64,000 nucleotides of DNA from an uncultured Chloroflexia bacterium (GTDB taxonomy: Bacteria; Chloroflexota; Anaerolineae; Anaerolineales; E44-bin32): positions 665,927 to 729,926 of the forward strand of contig CAVSID010000001.1 in NCBI GenBank assembly GCA_963727915.1, written 5' to 3'. Below the pieces are notes generated by a model. That model searched no databases. It saw only the letters and a list, made by a program, of their open reading frames with translations, and was not told the DNA's origin. Numbering within the stretch: the stretch's first letter is position 1; every line of letters begins with the position of its first letter. The translations under genes were made by a program, and so were the position numbers. Below are positions 1 through 10,003 of this stretch, one piece after another.

Positions 1-618
1 GACCAGCTTCCCCCGCCGGAGCATGAACAGGTTTTCGGCGCTGCCTTCGGAGATATGACCGTCAACATTCAAGACCAACGCTTCATCGAAGCCGGCTTGC
101 ACGGCATCGGTCTTGACAAGCGCCGAATTGACATAGGCGCCGGTGATCTTGCCGCGGGCCGGGATCATGTTGTCGTCGATCCGCCGCCAAGACGAGATCG
201 TGACATGGGCCCCTTCGTCGCGCTCGACGTAACGGCTGAAGGGGACAGCGAACATGGCCACTTCGTCGGTCAAATCGTGCAGCCGGACCCCGATGATCTC
301 GTCGGCCTTATAAACCAGCGGACGGAGGTAGCAATCTTCGCGATAACCCTCCGTCCGTAGCAGTTCGAGTGCGATGTCGCGCAGCTCTTCCGCCGATAGG
401 TCGACCTTGCATCTAAGGAGTTTGGCCGAGTTCCGCAATCGTTTGAAATGGTCGAGGGGCCGGAAGACGAAGAGCTGCTCTTCGTCACTGTTCCAATAGC
501 CACGCACACCGCCAAACGCTCCTGTCCCATAGTTCAGGGCGTGGGTCATGATGCCCACTTTCGCCTGCTCGTACGGGACGATCTTGCCTTTGAAATAGGC
601 ATACTTCGGAAGGGTCAC
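1..618 (-). CDS. ilvE: Branched-chain amino acid aminotransferase (partial, C-terminus beyond the window edge)
   Basis: Absent from the ORF track because it runs off the edge. Minus-strand translation from GTG at 618 reads VTLPKYAYFKGKIVPYEQAKVGIMTHALNYGTGAFGGVRGYW...RGKITGAYVNSALVKTDAVQAGFDEALVLN...SEGSAENLFM, typical of fold-type IV BCAT. AGGAGG lies 9 nt upstream. Confidence 0.85.
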   Translation of the reverse strand, partial: MTLPKYAYFKGKIVPYEQAKVGIMTHALNYGTGAFGGVRGYWNSDEEQLFVFRPLDHFKRLRNSAKLLRCKVDLSAEELRDIALELLRTEGYREDCYLRPLVYKADEIIGVRLHDLTDEVAMFAVPFSRYVERDEGAHVTISSWRRIDDNMIPARGKITGAYVNSALVKTDAVQAGFDEALVLNVDGHISEGSAENLFMLRRGKLV

Positions 619-708
619 GCTGACATGCCTCCTACCAGGCGGTGGTCAACCGATGAGGGGAGTCGAGGGGGATGAGGGGAGCGGTGCCATACTTGGCCTG
701 GCATTTTG

Positions 709-714
709 ATTATA
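709..714 (-). promoter_or_regulatory. Candidate -10 (TATAAT) for ilvE, giving a ~84-nt leader
   Basis: Minus strand reads CGTCTTATAATCAAAATG. The leader contains two copies of CTCCCCTCATC (forward GATGAGGGGAG at 652-662 and 671-681). Confidence 0.35.
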
Positions 715-798
715 AGACGCGCCAAAGGCAGTGACAAGAATCCTTCCCTACCCTTGGCCTACTTCTTCCCGACGGCGCCGGCAACTCGCAACTCATTT

Positions 799-1227
799 TC
801 AATTCGCCGCACGCCATCGACCTGTTTCGCCAGCCTGCGCCACGCTGTCTTTCAGGGCCTGCGTGGGCGCGCTGCCGATCAGGCGCACCGTCCCGAGATG
901 GGCCCTCAAGATGACGGTCCCCGGCTCCAGGCCGGCCGTCTCCGGCGAGGTCGCCAGGGCCCGGGCGACCTTCATGTCCAGTTCCGGATCGACGACCAGG
1001 GACAGCTCCAGCTCCGCCACACCGGGCACGGACCGGACGATGGCTTCGATCGAGTCCTTGATGACCCGCGATCGGACCCAGCCTCGCAGGCGGACCCGAC
1101 CGGAAGAATCCACGTCCAGCTTCAGCGGCACATGGCTGCTCCGCACGGGCTCATAGGCCATCAGTGCGTGTTCGATTCGACCTTCATGGTCTTCGATTTC
1201 GAGCAGGCCCGTGGATGATGCGGGCAT
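799..1227 (-). CDS. BON domain-containing protein
   Basis: Intact 142-aa ORF. Two repeats of the BON-like pattern (GRVRLRGWVRSRVIKDSIEAIVRSVPGV... and GTVRLIGSAPTQALKDSVAQAG). Confidence 0.6.
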   Translation of the reverse strand: MPASSTGLLEIEDHEGRIEHALMAYEPVRSSHVPLKLDVDSSGRVRLRGWVRSRVIKDSIEAIVRSVPGVAELELSLVVDPELDMKVARALATSPETAGLEPGTVILRAHLGTVRLIGSAPTQALKDSVAQAGETGRWRAAN

Positions 1228-1353
1228 GGTTGACGCCTCCTGAGGACGGTTACTCAGCGAATTATACCTTTGCCGTCGTGAGGGATAACGAAAGCCGGGA
1301 CCCGGTGTTGCTGTTTCGGGTCCCGGCCATGGATTTCTTTGGAGCTCAGGCGA

Positions 1354-3250
<1,897 letters not shown>

Positions 3251-3474
3251 GCGATTTCACCTCACTGTTTTCTTCATGATGGACCCATACCTGAGAAGGG
3301 GTCTGGAAAAGGACACTGTCATCGTACTTCAGGCACACAAGAGGAAGATTAACAAGGGCCCGGCTGGACATCGCTAACTGTTCGTTAACGGCTGAGGACT
3401 ATATTCTGTATCGTCGCGGTGCGCTTAGTGCGCACCTTCATGAGACCGTTTGCAGAAGGATAACAACGCAAATT

Positions 3475-3983
3475 ATGAGCGATCTTGGTTTGTTGATCCT
3501 GCGCCTGGTGGTCGGGTTGACCCTGACAGCACACGGCGCGCAGAAGCTTTTCGGCTGGTTTGGCGGCCCCGGGATCGAAGGCTGGTCGGAGATCATGGTC
3601 AATCTGCATGTCCGTCCAGCAGCTGCTTGGGCCTGGTTGAACGCCGTGACCGAGTTTGCCGGTGGGCTGATGCTCGCTATCGGGTTGTTCACACCCCTGG
3701 CTGCCGCCGGTTTGGCATCGGTAATGGTTATGGCCATCCTCAGCGTGCACTGGAGCAAGGGGTTTTTCAACGGAACGGCGGAATCGAATTTCCTCTGGGA
3801 TTGTTGGGTGGGATAATCGCCATCGGATTGAGCGGTCCTGGTGCCTACGCCCTGGCTCCGCAATCGCTGTTTGGCTGGCACCCAGCCACCCTGTTCCTCA
3901 TCACCCTGGCAGTCGGCCTATTGGGCGACGGCCTGGGGCTGGCCAGTTCGGCCATCGAAACCGGCTGGCATCGCTCTGTCTGA
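3475..3983 (+). CDS. DoxX family membrane protein (one apparent frameshift near 3780)
   Basis: MSDLGLLILRLVVGLTLTAHGAQKLFGWFGGPG... continues in a second frame as GGIEFPLGLLGGIIAIGLSGPGAYALA, the usual DoxX C-terminal half. Confidence 0.7.
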
Positions 3984-4065
3984 ACCGTATCCGCGCCCAA
4001 AGGGGGCCGCTGCCAGTGCAGCCGCCCTCGCTATCCCCATACAGTTCTGGGGCCAGGCGCACAGC

Positions 4066-4081
4066 CGTGAAAATGCTCACA
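4066..4081. promoter_or_regulatory. CRP/FNR-like palindrome CGTGA-AAATGC-TCACA (one mismatch)
   Basis: Intergenic, 39 nt upstream of the dsbA-like ATG. Member of the recurring TGTGA-N6-TCACA family. Confidence 0.4.
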
Positions 4082-4119
4082 AGTAGGTCATCATCGCTTC
4101 GTGCGGCGGGAAGGGTGGC

Positions 4120-4791
4120 ATGAGCAAGCGCGCATCAAGGGTCAAACCCGGGCGGTTGCGCCGAAGTTGGCTCGGGGTGCTGGTGGCGCTGGTGGCTGTT
4201 GCCGGCGCGCTGTTCGGCTGGCAATGGCGGACCCAGCCGGCGGCCACGCCTGCCGTGTCCGCTGAACGGATCGCCGAGCAGCACAGCCGAGGACCGGCCG
4301 CAGCTGAGGTGACCATCATCGAGTACGGGGATTTTGACTGCCCGACCTGCAGGGCCTATTACAACTCAGGCACATTGCAGCGCCTTATGGAAGCCTACCC
4401 GGACCAGGTCCGCCTGGTCTTCCGCCACCTGCCGATCATCACACCCGTCTCCCCCAAGCTGGCGGAGGCATCCGAGTGTGCCGCCGATCAGGGTGCTTTC
4501 TGGGCCTTCCACGATCTTCTGTTCGCCATGGCACCGACGCAGCCGGCCCAGATGCCGGACCTGGCCAAGCAACTCGGCCTCGACGCCGGGGCCTTCACAG
4601 CCTGCCTCGACAGCGGGCGCTACGCCGGTTTGGTCGAGGCGGAGACGCAGGAGGGCTTCCAACATGGCTTCCACGCCACGCCGGCCTTCTTGGTCAACGG
4701 CGAACCGCTGGTCGGTCCGCCCTCCTTCGACCAACTCCAACAGCGGATCGACGCCATCCTGCAGCTTTCCAAGCAAGGAGCCCCCTCATGA
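4120..4791 (+). CDS. DsbA-family thiol:disulfide oxidoreductase, membrane-anchored
   Basis: Intact 223 aa. N-terminal TM helix, thioredoxin-fold active site CPTC in IEYGDFDCPTCRAYY, DsbA-like C-terminal part (ATPAFLVNGEPL). Confidence 0.8.
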   Translation: MSKRASRVKPGRLRRSWLGVLVALVAVAGALFGWQWRTQPAATPAVSAERIAEQHSRGPAAAEVTIIEYGDFDCPTCRAYYNSGTLQRLMEAYPDQVRLVFRHLPIITPVSPKLAEASECAADQGAFWAFHDLLFAMAPTQPAQMPDLAKQLGLDAGAFTACLDSGRYAGLVEAETQEGFQHGFHATPAFLVNGEPLVGPPSFDQLQQRIDAILQLSKQGAPS

Positions 4792-5330
4792 CCGACCTGT
4801 CCGAATTCCGAAAGGAGAAGGACGACTTCTTCAGAGAGAGCCCACAAAGCCCTCTCACGCCGCAGCAGCAGGCCGATTTCGACGGGCTGCGCTACTTCCC
4901 CGAGGATCCCGACCTGGATCTGGAGGTAACCGTGGCTCCGTTTGACGAGCCGGAGACAATCCAGATGCAAACCACTACCGGCGACATCCAGACGTATCAG
5001 CGCTACGGTCGGTTTGCTTTCGACATCGACGGGCAAACCGCCGAGCTGACCGTCTATCACAACCAGCATGGCTACTTTCTGCCCTTCGTCGACTCGCTGC
5101 GGGGCAAGGAGACCTACGGTGCCGGTCGCTATCTCGAGCCGGAGCCGCTGGGCGGGGACCACTTCCAGGTGAATTTCAATCTCGCCTACAACCCCTACTG
5201 TGCCTACAACGAGGCCTGGTCATGTCCGATCACGCCTGCTGAAAACAGGCTCGCGGTGCCGATCCGGGCCGGCGAGAAGGTCTTCCACGATTCGACAAGC
5301 CTGAGCCGCAAATTCCGGTCTGATTTGTGA
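4788..5330 (+). CDS. DUF1684 domain-containing protein
   Basis: ATG at 4788 overlaps the upstream stop (ATGA). MTDLSEFRKEKDDFFRESPQSPLT...GAGRYLEPEP...NFNLAYNPYCAYNEAWSCPITPAENRL matches the DUF1684 pattern as I remember it. Confidence 0.7.
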   Translation: MTDLSEFRKEKDDFFRESPQSPLTPQQQADFDGLRYFPEDPDLDLEVTVAPFDEPETIQMQTTTGDIQTYQRYGRFAFDIDGQTAELTVYHNQHGYFLPFVDSLRGKETYGAGRYLEPEPLGGDHFQVNFNLAYNPYCAYNEAWSCPITPAENRLAVPIRAGEKVFHDSTSLSRKFRSDL

Positions 5331-5341
5331 ATATTTTCACA
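5326..5341. promoter_or_regulatory. Perfect CRP/FNR-like palindrome TGTGA-ATATTT-TCACA (extended ATTTGTGAA-TATT-TTCACAAAT, 5323-5344)
   Basis: Overlaps the DUF1684 stop codon. About 47 nt upstream of the TTGACA -35 at 5380. Confidence 0.5.
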
Positions 5342-5379
5342 AATTTCGGGGGAAGACGCCACATCTGGCGGAGGTTCAG

Positions 5380-5408
5380 TTGACAGGCGGCGCTGGTGGG
5401 GGTATCAT
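5380..5408 (+). promoter_or_regulatory. Sigma-70-type promoter TTGACA-17-TATCAT
   Basis: TTGACA 5380-5385, 17-nt spacer, TATCAT 5403-5408. Predicted TSS ~5415, 5 nt before the in-frame GTG at 5420. Confidence 0.5.
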
Positions 5409-5419
5409 CTCCAACCATC

Positions 5420-5800
5420 GTGGAACCGGTACCCAATCCAAACCCCCCAAAAGACTTCGCCCATCCGATTGAAGCCGAATTCGCCCGGCTGTTGGATTTC
5501 TACAAGATCCCGTGGTGTTACGAGCCGACAACGTTCCCCTTGGCCTATGGGCCCGAGGGGGCGATCCTGGAGGCTCTGACGCCGGACTTCTACCTGCCTC
5601 CCTTCGACCTCTACGTGGAGCTGACCACCCGCCGGCAATCGACGCTCACCCGCAAACACAGCAAGATCCGGCGCCTCAACGAGCTGTATCCGCAGGTCGA
5701 ACTGAGGCTGCTCAATCGTCGGCAGATGCGCAGCCTGCTCTACAAGTACGACCTGCAGGATCGCCTGCCACAGACTGATCGGTGCCCCCAACGTCTAATG
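5420..5800 (+). CDS. Hypothetical protein upstream of hpt (end uncertain, probable indel in the C5 run near 5785)
   Basis: Frame of ORF 5396-5947. Start moved to GTG 5420 because of the promoter. FAHPIEAEFARLLDFYKIPWCYEPTTFPL...PDFYLPPFDLYVELTT; no family recognised with confidence. Confidence 0.35.
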
Positions 5801-6449
5801 CACAGCCATCGGTCGACGGCCTCGACCTGGGCCCGACCATCTTCGACGCAGACCAGATTCGGACCGGCGTGCGCCGGCTGGCGATGGGAATCTCGGCCGA
5901 TTACCCGCATGGCGATCTGGTCATGGTCGGCATCCTGCCCGGAGTGATCTTCTTCCTCGCCGACCTGGTTCGATCGCCTCACCGTTCCTGTCGAGGTGGA
6001 CCTGATGGCGATCACCCGCTTTGGCCCACCAGAAGCCACCGGAGGCGAGGTGCGTATCCAGCGGGACATCGAGGCCGGTATCCAGGGCCGGCCAGTCCTG
6101 CTCGTCGAAGATATCGTCGACACCGGCCTAACGGTGCACCACCTCATGGGTGCCCTCATCCCACGCCAACCAGCGTCGATCAAGATCGCCGCACTTCTCG
6201 AACGACCGGGTCGCCGCCTGATCCGGGTGCCATTGGCGTATGCCGGCTTCACCGGCGCCGGAGGACTTCCTCGTCGGCTATGGGCTCCAGTACCAGGGCC
6301 GCTACCGGCAGCTCCCCTACATCGCCCAGCTTACTCCCGGCGAGCTCGACACCCTTAGGCTTGGATTTGCTGGCCTCGAAAAGCAAAGGCGGCGCCTGAT
6401 GGCGGCGCCGGCCTGGGGGTTAAAAAGGGGTGAGAGAGACCCCGAGTAA
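5782..6449 (+). CDS. hpt: Hypoxanthine phosphoribosyltransferase (2 apparent frameshifts)
   Basis: Stitched fragments: IFDADQIRTGVRRLAMGISADYPHGDLVMVGILPGVIFFLADLVRS / VDLMAITRFG...GEVRIQRDIEAGIQGRPVLLVEDIVDTGLTVHHL...IKIAALLERP / EDFLVGYGLQYQGRYRQLPYIAQL. PRPP-binding motif VLLVEDIVDTG. Confidence 0.75.
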
Positions 6450-6695
6450 CTTACATCCGTTCCCAGTTTCCGGTCGATTACTTGCTTCAGTTCCAGGAAC
6501 TGAAGCCGCCTACGTTGGCCCCCGATCGGCCGGTGCCCGAAGGCCCTTGCCGCTCGCTCGTTGGCTTCCCTGGCCCGAGAGCCTTTCCGCCAGCCTCCGG
6601 TTCTTCTGCATGAGATGAACCGCTCGCCAACTTCAGTTTGTTTTCTTCGACCTTCCCCTGAGATCGTCTCTGGGCTTCAGGGAGCCTCTCTCAGT
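6422..6695 (-). ncRNA. Candidate stand-alone ~270-nt transcript (unknown RNA or small-protein mRNA)
   Basis: Own promoter (TTGACT-18-TAGGAT), stem-loop GGGGT-CTCTCTC-ACCCC followed by TTTTTA at 6443-6422, internal 23-nt perfect palindrome at 6484-6506. Only short, SD-less ORFs inside. Confidence 0.3.
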
Positions 6696-6701
6696 GGGGA
6701 C

Positions 6702-6731
6702 ATCCTAGCACTTTCGCACCCGACGAGTCAA
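6702..6731 (-). promoter_or_regulatory. Promoter TTGACT-18-TAGGAT for the candidate RNA
   Basis: -35 at 6731-6726, -10 at 6707-6702 (minus strand). Two direct repeats TTCTTTAAGG (forward CCTTAAAGAA 6741-6750 and 6762-6771) lie 21 bp apart just upstream. Confidence 0.45.
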
Positions 6732-6780
6732 TGACTTCAGCCTTAAAGAATCGGTCGCGAACCTTAAAGAAAGTACTAGT

Positions 6781-7877
6781 CTAGACAGGTTTCGGCTGTT
6801 CCGACGGGTCCGTCGGAGTCAAGAAACGCCGCCGGTAGCGCATGAGGACCAGCAGCAGAGCAAACTGGCCGCTGGCCTTGAGGATTGTGCCAAACTGTTC
6901 GAAGTAGAAGATCACCAGATCGACGGTCGTCAAGGCGAGCAGCAGGCCCAGGTAGCCGAAGCCTGCTGCCGTGTTCTTCTCGACCGACCATGAACAACAC
7001 GGCCGAGATCAGAAGGACAAGGCCGGTGCAGGCCTCCAGCGCAACACGCGCCGTGTACCATGCCAGCCCGCGCGTCGAGCCGATGCGGCCCAGCTCAACC
7101 AGAGCCTGAATTTGGTCGGCGGCCTGCTGTGGCTGGAGCAGCGGCCAAATCCGGGAGAGCGCCAGGCCTCCGGTCAACAGCAGCCCGGCCACAATGATCA
7201 GCTTGGTAACCCGCCGCGAAAAATACCTCGCCTCGAAAGCGGCCAGCCGATCCTGGACGCGCTCGATGAACGTGTCATTGTCCGGCGCAAGTTGAAGCTC
7301 CGGATCTGCCACAACCACCAATATGCCTTCCGCCAATCGGCCAAGATCGCTGTCCTCAGTATGCTCGACGACGTACCGCAGCCGGCGCTCTAGATCGGAG
7401 CGTTCATCCGCCTCCAGGTCGTGGTCCAGAAGCTCCTCCAGATCGTCCAACGCCCGATAGAGTTCGGCCCGAGGCGAGCGGCGGGGTTCCCGACGCACGC
7501 GGGAGTACAGCAGGACCGTCAGCAAGAAGAAGGCGTAGACAATCGGCGCCGCCGCCGGGTAGAAATAGTCATTGGACTGCGTGATGAATTTCCCGACCTC
7601 ATCAATGAAGAGCCCCATCCCGATTCCGGCCGCAAGGGCACTGGTGACGTAGGACCAGCGGTTGGCAATCATCAGGGGGATCAGGGAGGCCACGAACAGG
7701 AACAAACCGCCCCAAAGCACGTGCGCGATATGGAACTCACCCCCTCCCACTTGGGGGTAGCCGGTCAAGCTCAAGAAGAGCCGGGTAAGCGATACCGATC
7801 GCGGCGAAGCTCAGCAGGGTGATGAGAAGAAAGGTGTCGGCCTGCCGGCGCTTGACAGGCCGGCGGACATGACTCAC
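6781..7877 (-). CDS. Hypothetical polytopic membrane protein (at least 2 apparent frameshifts)
   Basis: GTG 7877 (VSHVRRPVKRRQADTFLLITLLSFAA), then ORF 6776-7774 (GYPQVGGGEFHIAHVLWGGLFLFV...). True C-terminus in a third frame: FGYLGLLLALTTVDLVIFYFEQFGTILKASGQFALLLVLMRYRRRFLTPTDPSEQPKPV, stop TAG at 6781. Confidence 0.5.
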
Positions 7878-7885
7878 GGCGCGCT

Positions 7886-9147
7886 TCAAGAGGCGATACC
7901 CTCCGCCGCCGACCGCTGTGGCATCCAGGCCATGAGCAGCGTGGCCACCACTGCCAGCCCGGCGCCGAACCAGAAGGGCGCCGACGGCCCCAGCCCCTGC
8001 CCAGCTTCCAACACCCTGCCACAGGACGCCGGCGATCAAGCTGGCCGGAAAGGCGGCCAGTCCGACGGCGGCGTGATAGACGCCATAGGCTGTGCCGCGT
8101 TGGTCAGCCCCTACCAGGTCGGCCACAAAGGCTCGAGCTACGCCCTCGGTCAGGCCGTAGAACGCGCCATAGACAGCCATCAAACCCACCACCTGCCAGG
8201 CGGCGCCGGCACGGGCGAAACCGACGTAAACCAGGGCGTAGAGCGCCCAACCCGCCGCCAGCATGCGGCGCCTGCCCCAGCGGTCCGAAAGGCTTCCGGC
8301 CGGGCCCGACAGGCCGGCGTAGACCAGGTTGAACACCAGCATCATCCCCAAGATGCCGGCGGCGGTCAGCCCGACGTTTTGCGCCCGCAAGATCAGGAAA
8401 GCGTCGGACGAGTTGCCCAACGTGAAGACGAACATGATGCCGAGGAAGAACAGGAAAGGACGATCAAACTGCTTGAGCGACAGGCTGGGGCGGCTGGCAC
8501 CGCTGCGCTGGACGGGGACGTCACGGGCAACAAGGACCAGCGCCAGCACGGCCAGCACGGCCGGGATCAGACTCAGAAGGACGATCAATTGAAAGGTCCC
8601 CCGGTCGAGGCCGAGCCCCCGACCGCGCGAGGCCAACAGCACCCCAAGGGCCACCGCCAGTCCGACCACTGCTCCCGCCGTGTCCCCCGCCCGGTGCAGG
8701 CCAAAGGCCCAACCCCGGCGCCGTTCCGAGACGCTGCCGGCCAGCAGGGCATCCCGGGGGGCCGTGCGGATCCCCTTTCCCAATCGGTCAGTGAATCGAA
8801 CGGCCAAGCACCGTTCCCCAGCCTGATGCCAGGTAGAGAAACGGCTTGGCGACCGTCGAAAGGCTGTAGCCTAGAACGGCCAGTCCCTTCCTTCGACCCA
8901 GACGATCCGAGAACCAACCCGAAAACACTTTCATCAGGCTGGCTGTCGATTCGGCCACACCCTCGATCAACCCGATCAGCGGTGTCCGAACGCCCAGGAC
9001 GTCGAACAGGAACAATGGCAGCAAATTCAAAATCATCTCCGAGGAGACGTCGGTCAGGAAACTGGTTGCCGTCAGCGCCCACACGTTGCGCGTGTTCAGC
9101 CCGGCATCCCCCGGGGGACCGTCCTGTGGATTTGCATTTTCAGCCAT
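7886..9147 (-). CDS. MFS transporter (2 apparent frameshifts)
   Basis: N-terminus in 8788-9147 (WALTATSFLTDVSSEMILNLLPLF...SGWFSDRLGRRK), core in 7737-8807. True C-terminus in another frame: APFWFGAGLAVVATLLMAWMPQRSAAEGIAS, stop TGA at 7886. Confidence 0.8.
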
Positions 9148-9927
9148 CTACCGTCTCCATCCCACGTGTTGACCCAGCTCGTCGGTGCGCACTTCGAATG
9201 TCGCACTTTCCAGCCTCAACTCTATCCGCCACCCCCGTACCTCTCCGGGGTCGCACGTGCCTCCGGAACTCGGCAGTCCGAGGCACCCATCGGGCCAGGT
9301 GACTGCCTCGTACGACAGCACGCCGATCTGCCCTGGGTCGGCGTCCTCCGCCCCCGACAGTGCGCCGATGGCCGCCGACACCGCTGGCGGATATGGCTCA
9401 TCAGGGCCGGGCGCCGAACGGGTTGTGACCAGCGGGTCGCCGAGAAGACCGCTCAAGACGAGGAACGTGCCGCCCTGACTGCCATCGTAAACCACCAGCA
9501 AACGCCCGACTCCCCAAATCCGGGGATGGCGCCATTCTGCGAGAGGCAGGCCCTGAAAGGACGGGCCCTCAGCGTCGATCTCGGACTGCGCCGTGACCCG
9601 GCCGGCGGTGTCGGGGAAAGCGTACACCTCAACCGTCTCACTGCCCACCTTGAGGCTTTGGCCCGAAACCCCAAACTGGATTGGCGCAGCGCCACCAGAT
9701 GTCACCGCGTCGCCGGTGGCTTGCTCCAGGGCGGCGATCAGATCGGCCGTGGTATCGATCGGCGTCATCACCGTCAGCGGGGTGGTGGTGGGCGTGACCG
9801 CCGGCGAGGGCGCGCAAGCCCCAAGTAGGCTGGCGACCATGATCGCCGCCACGCCAATGGCAGCGGTCATCGGCTGCCTGGCCGCGCAGGGGTTGGGCAT
9901 GTGTCGGACCGGGTTTGCGCAGGACAT
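9148..9927 (-). CDS. Hypothetical lipoprotein
   Basis: Intact ORF. Lipobox in MTAAIGVAAIMVASLLGAC (likely true start at 9870). Its stop abuts the MFS start codon. Confidence 0.55.
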   Translation of the reverse strand: MSCANPVRHMPNPCAARQPMTAAIGVAAIMVASLLGACAPSPAVTPTTTPLTVMTPIDTTADLIAALEQATGDAVTSGGAAPIQFGVSGQSLKVGSETVEVYAFPDTAGRVTAQSEIDAEGPSFQGLPLAEWRHPRIWGVGRLLVVYDGSQGGTFLVLSGLLGDPLVTTRSAPGPDEPYPPAVSAAIGALSGAEDADPGQIGVLSYEAVTWPDGCLGLPSSGGTCDPGEVRGWRIELRLESATFEVRTDELGQHVGWRR

Positions 9928-10003
9928 CGCCCTAAGTCTACTGCAGGCTCGCTGGGGCGCTCAGTGACCGACTGGCCTGAGAGACACGCTGATTCGGTCC
10001 GCC

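Noticed and set aside
3251-3474. Looked for CIRCE (TTAGCACTC-N9-GAGTGCTAA) or HAIR heat-shock operators upstream of dnaK. Noted the inverted repeats GGTGCGC-ttagt-GCGCACC (3418-3436) and CGCTAAC-tgttc-GTTAACG (3372-3390).
   Set aside because: Neither repeat matches CIRCE or HAIR. They may be operators for dnaK or doxX, but I have no basis to assign them.
5782-5947. Apparent 165-nt overlap, or possible fusion, between the upstream hypothetical ORF and hpt.
   Set aside because: Removing one C from the C5 run at ~5785-5789 would terminate the upstream ORF at TAA ~5798. The overlap is most simply an indel artefact, not a fusion or programmed frameshift.
6430-6618. 62-aa plus-strand ORF in the hpt-distal gap.
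   Set aside because: It has no RBS and an odd composition, and it overlaps the better-supported minus-strand transcription unit.
6422-6695. Tested whether the candidate RNA is RNase P RNA, tmRNA, SRP RNA or a TPP riboswitch.
   Set aside because: I found none of the diagnostic strings: GAGGAAAGTCCGGGC-type P4 strand, GGGG..TTCGAC 5' end with tRNA-like 3' end, GGAAGCAGC SRP domain IV, or CTGAGA...ACCTGATCTGGATAATGCCAGCG. No gene lies downstream on that strand for a riboswitch to control. It is kept only as an unknown candidate.
7869-9302. Long plus-strand ORF of 477 aa.
   Set aside because: It lies antisense to the MFS transporter. Its composition is Arg/Pro/Gly/Ala-rich and low-complexity, typical of shadow ORFs in high-GC DNA, with no recognisable motifs.
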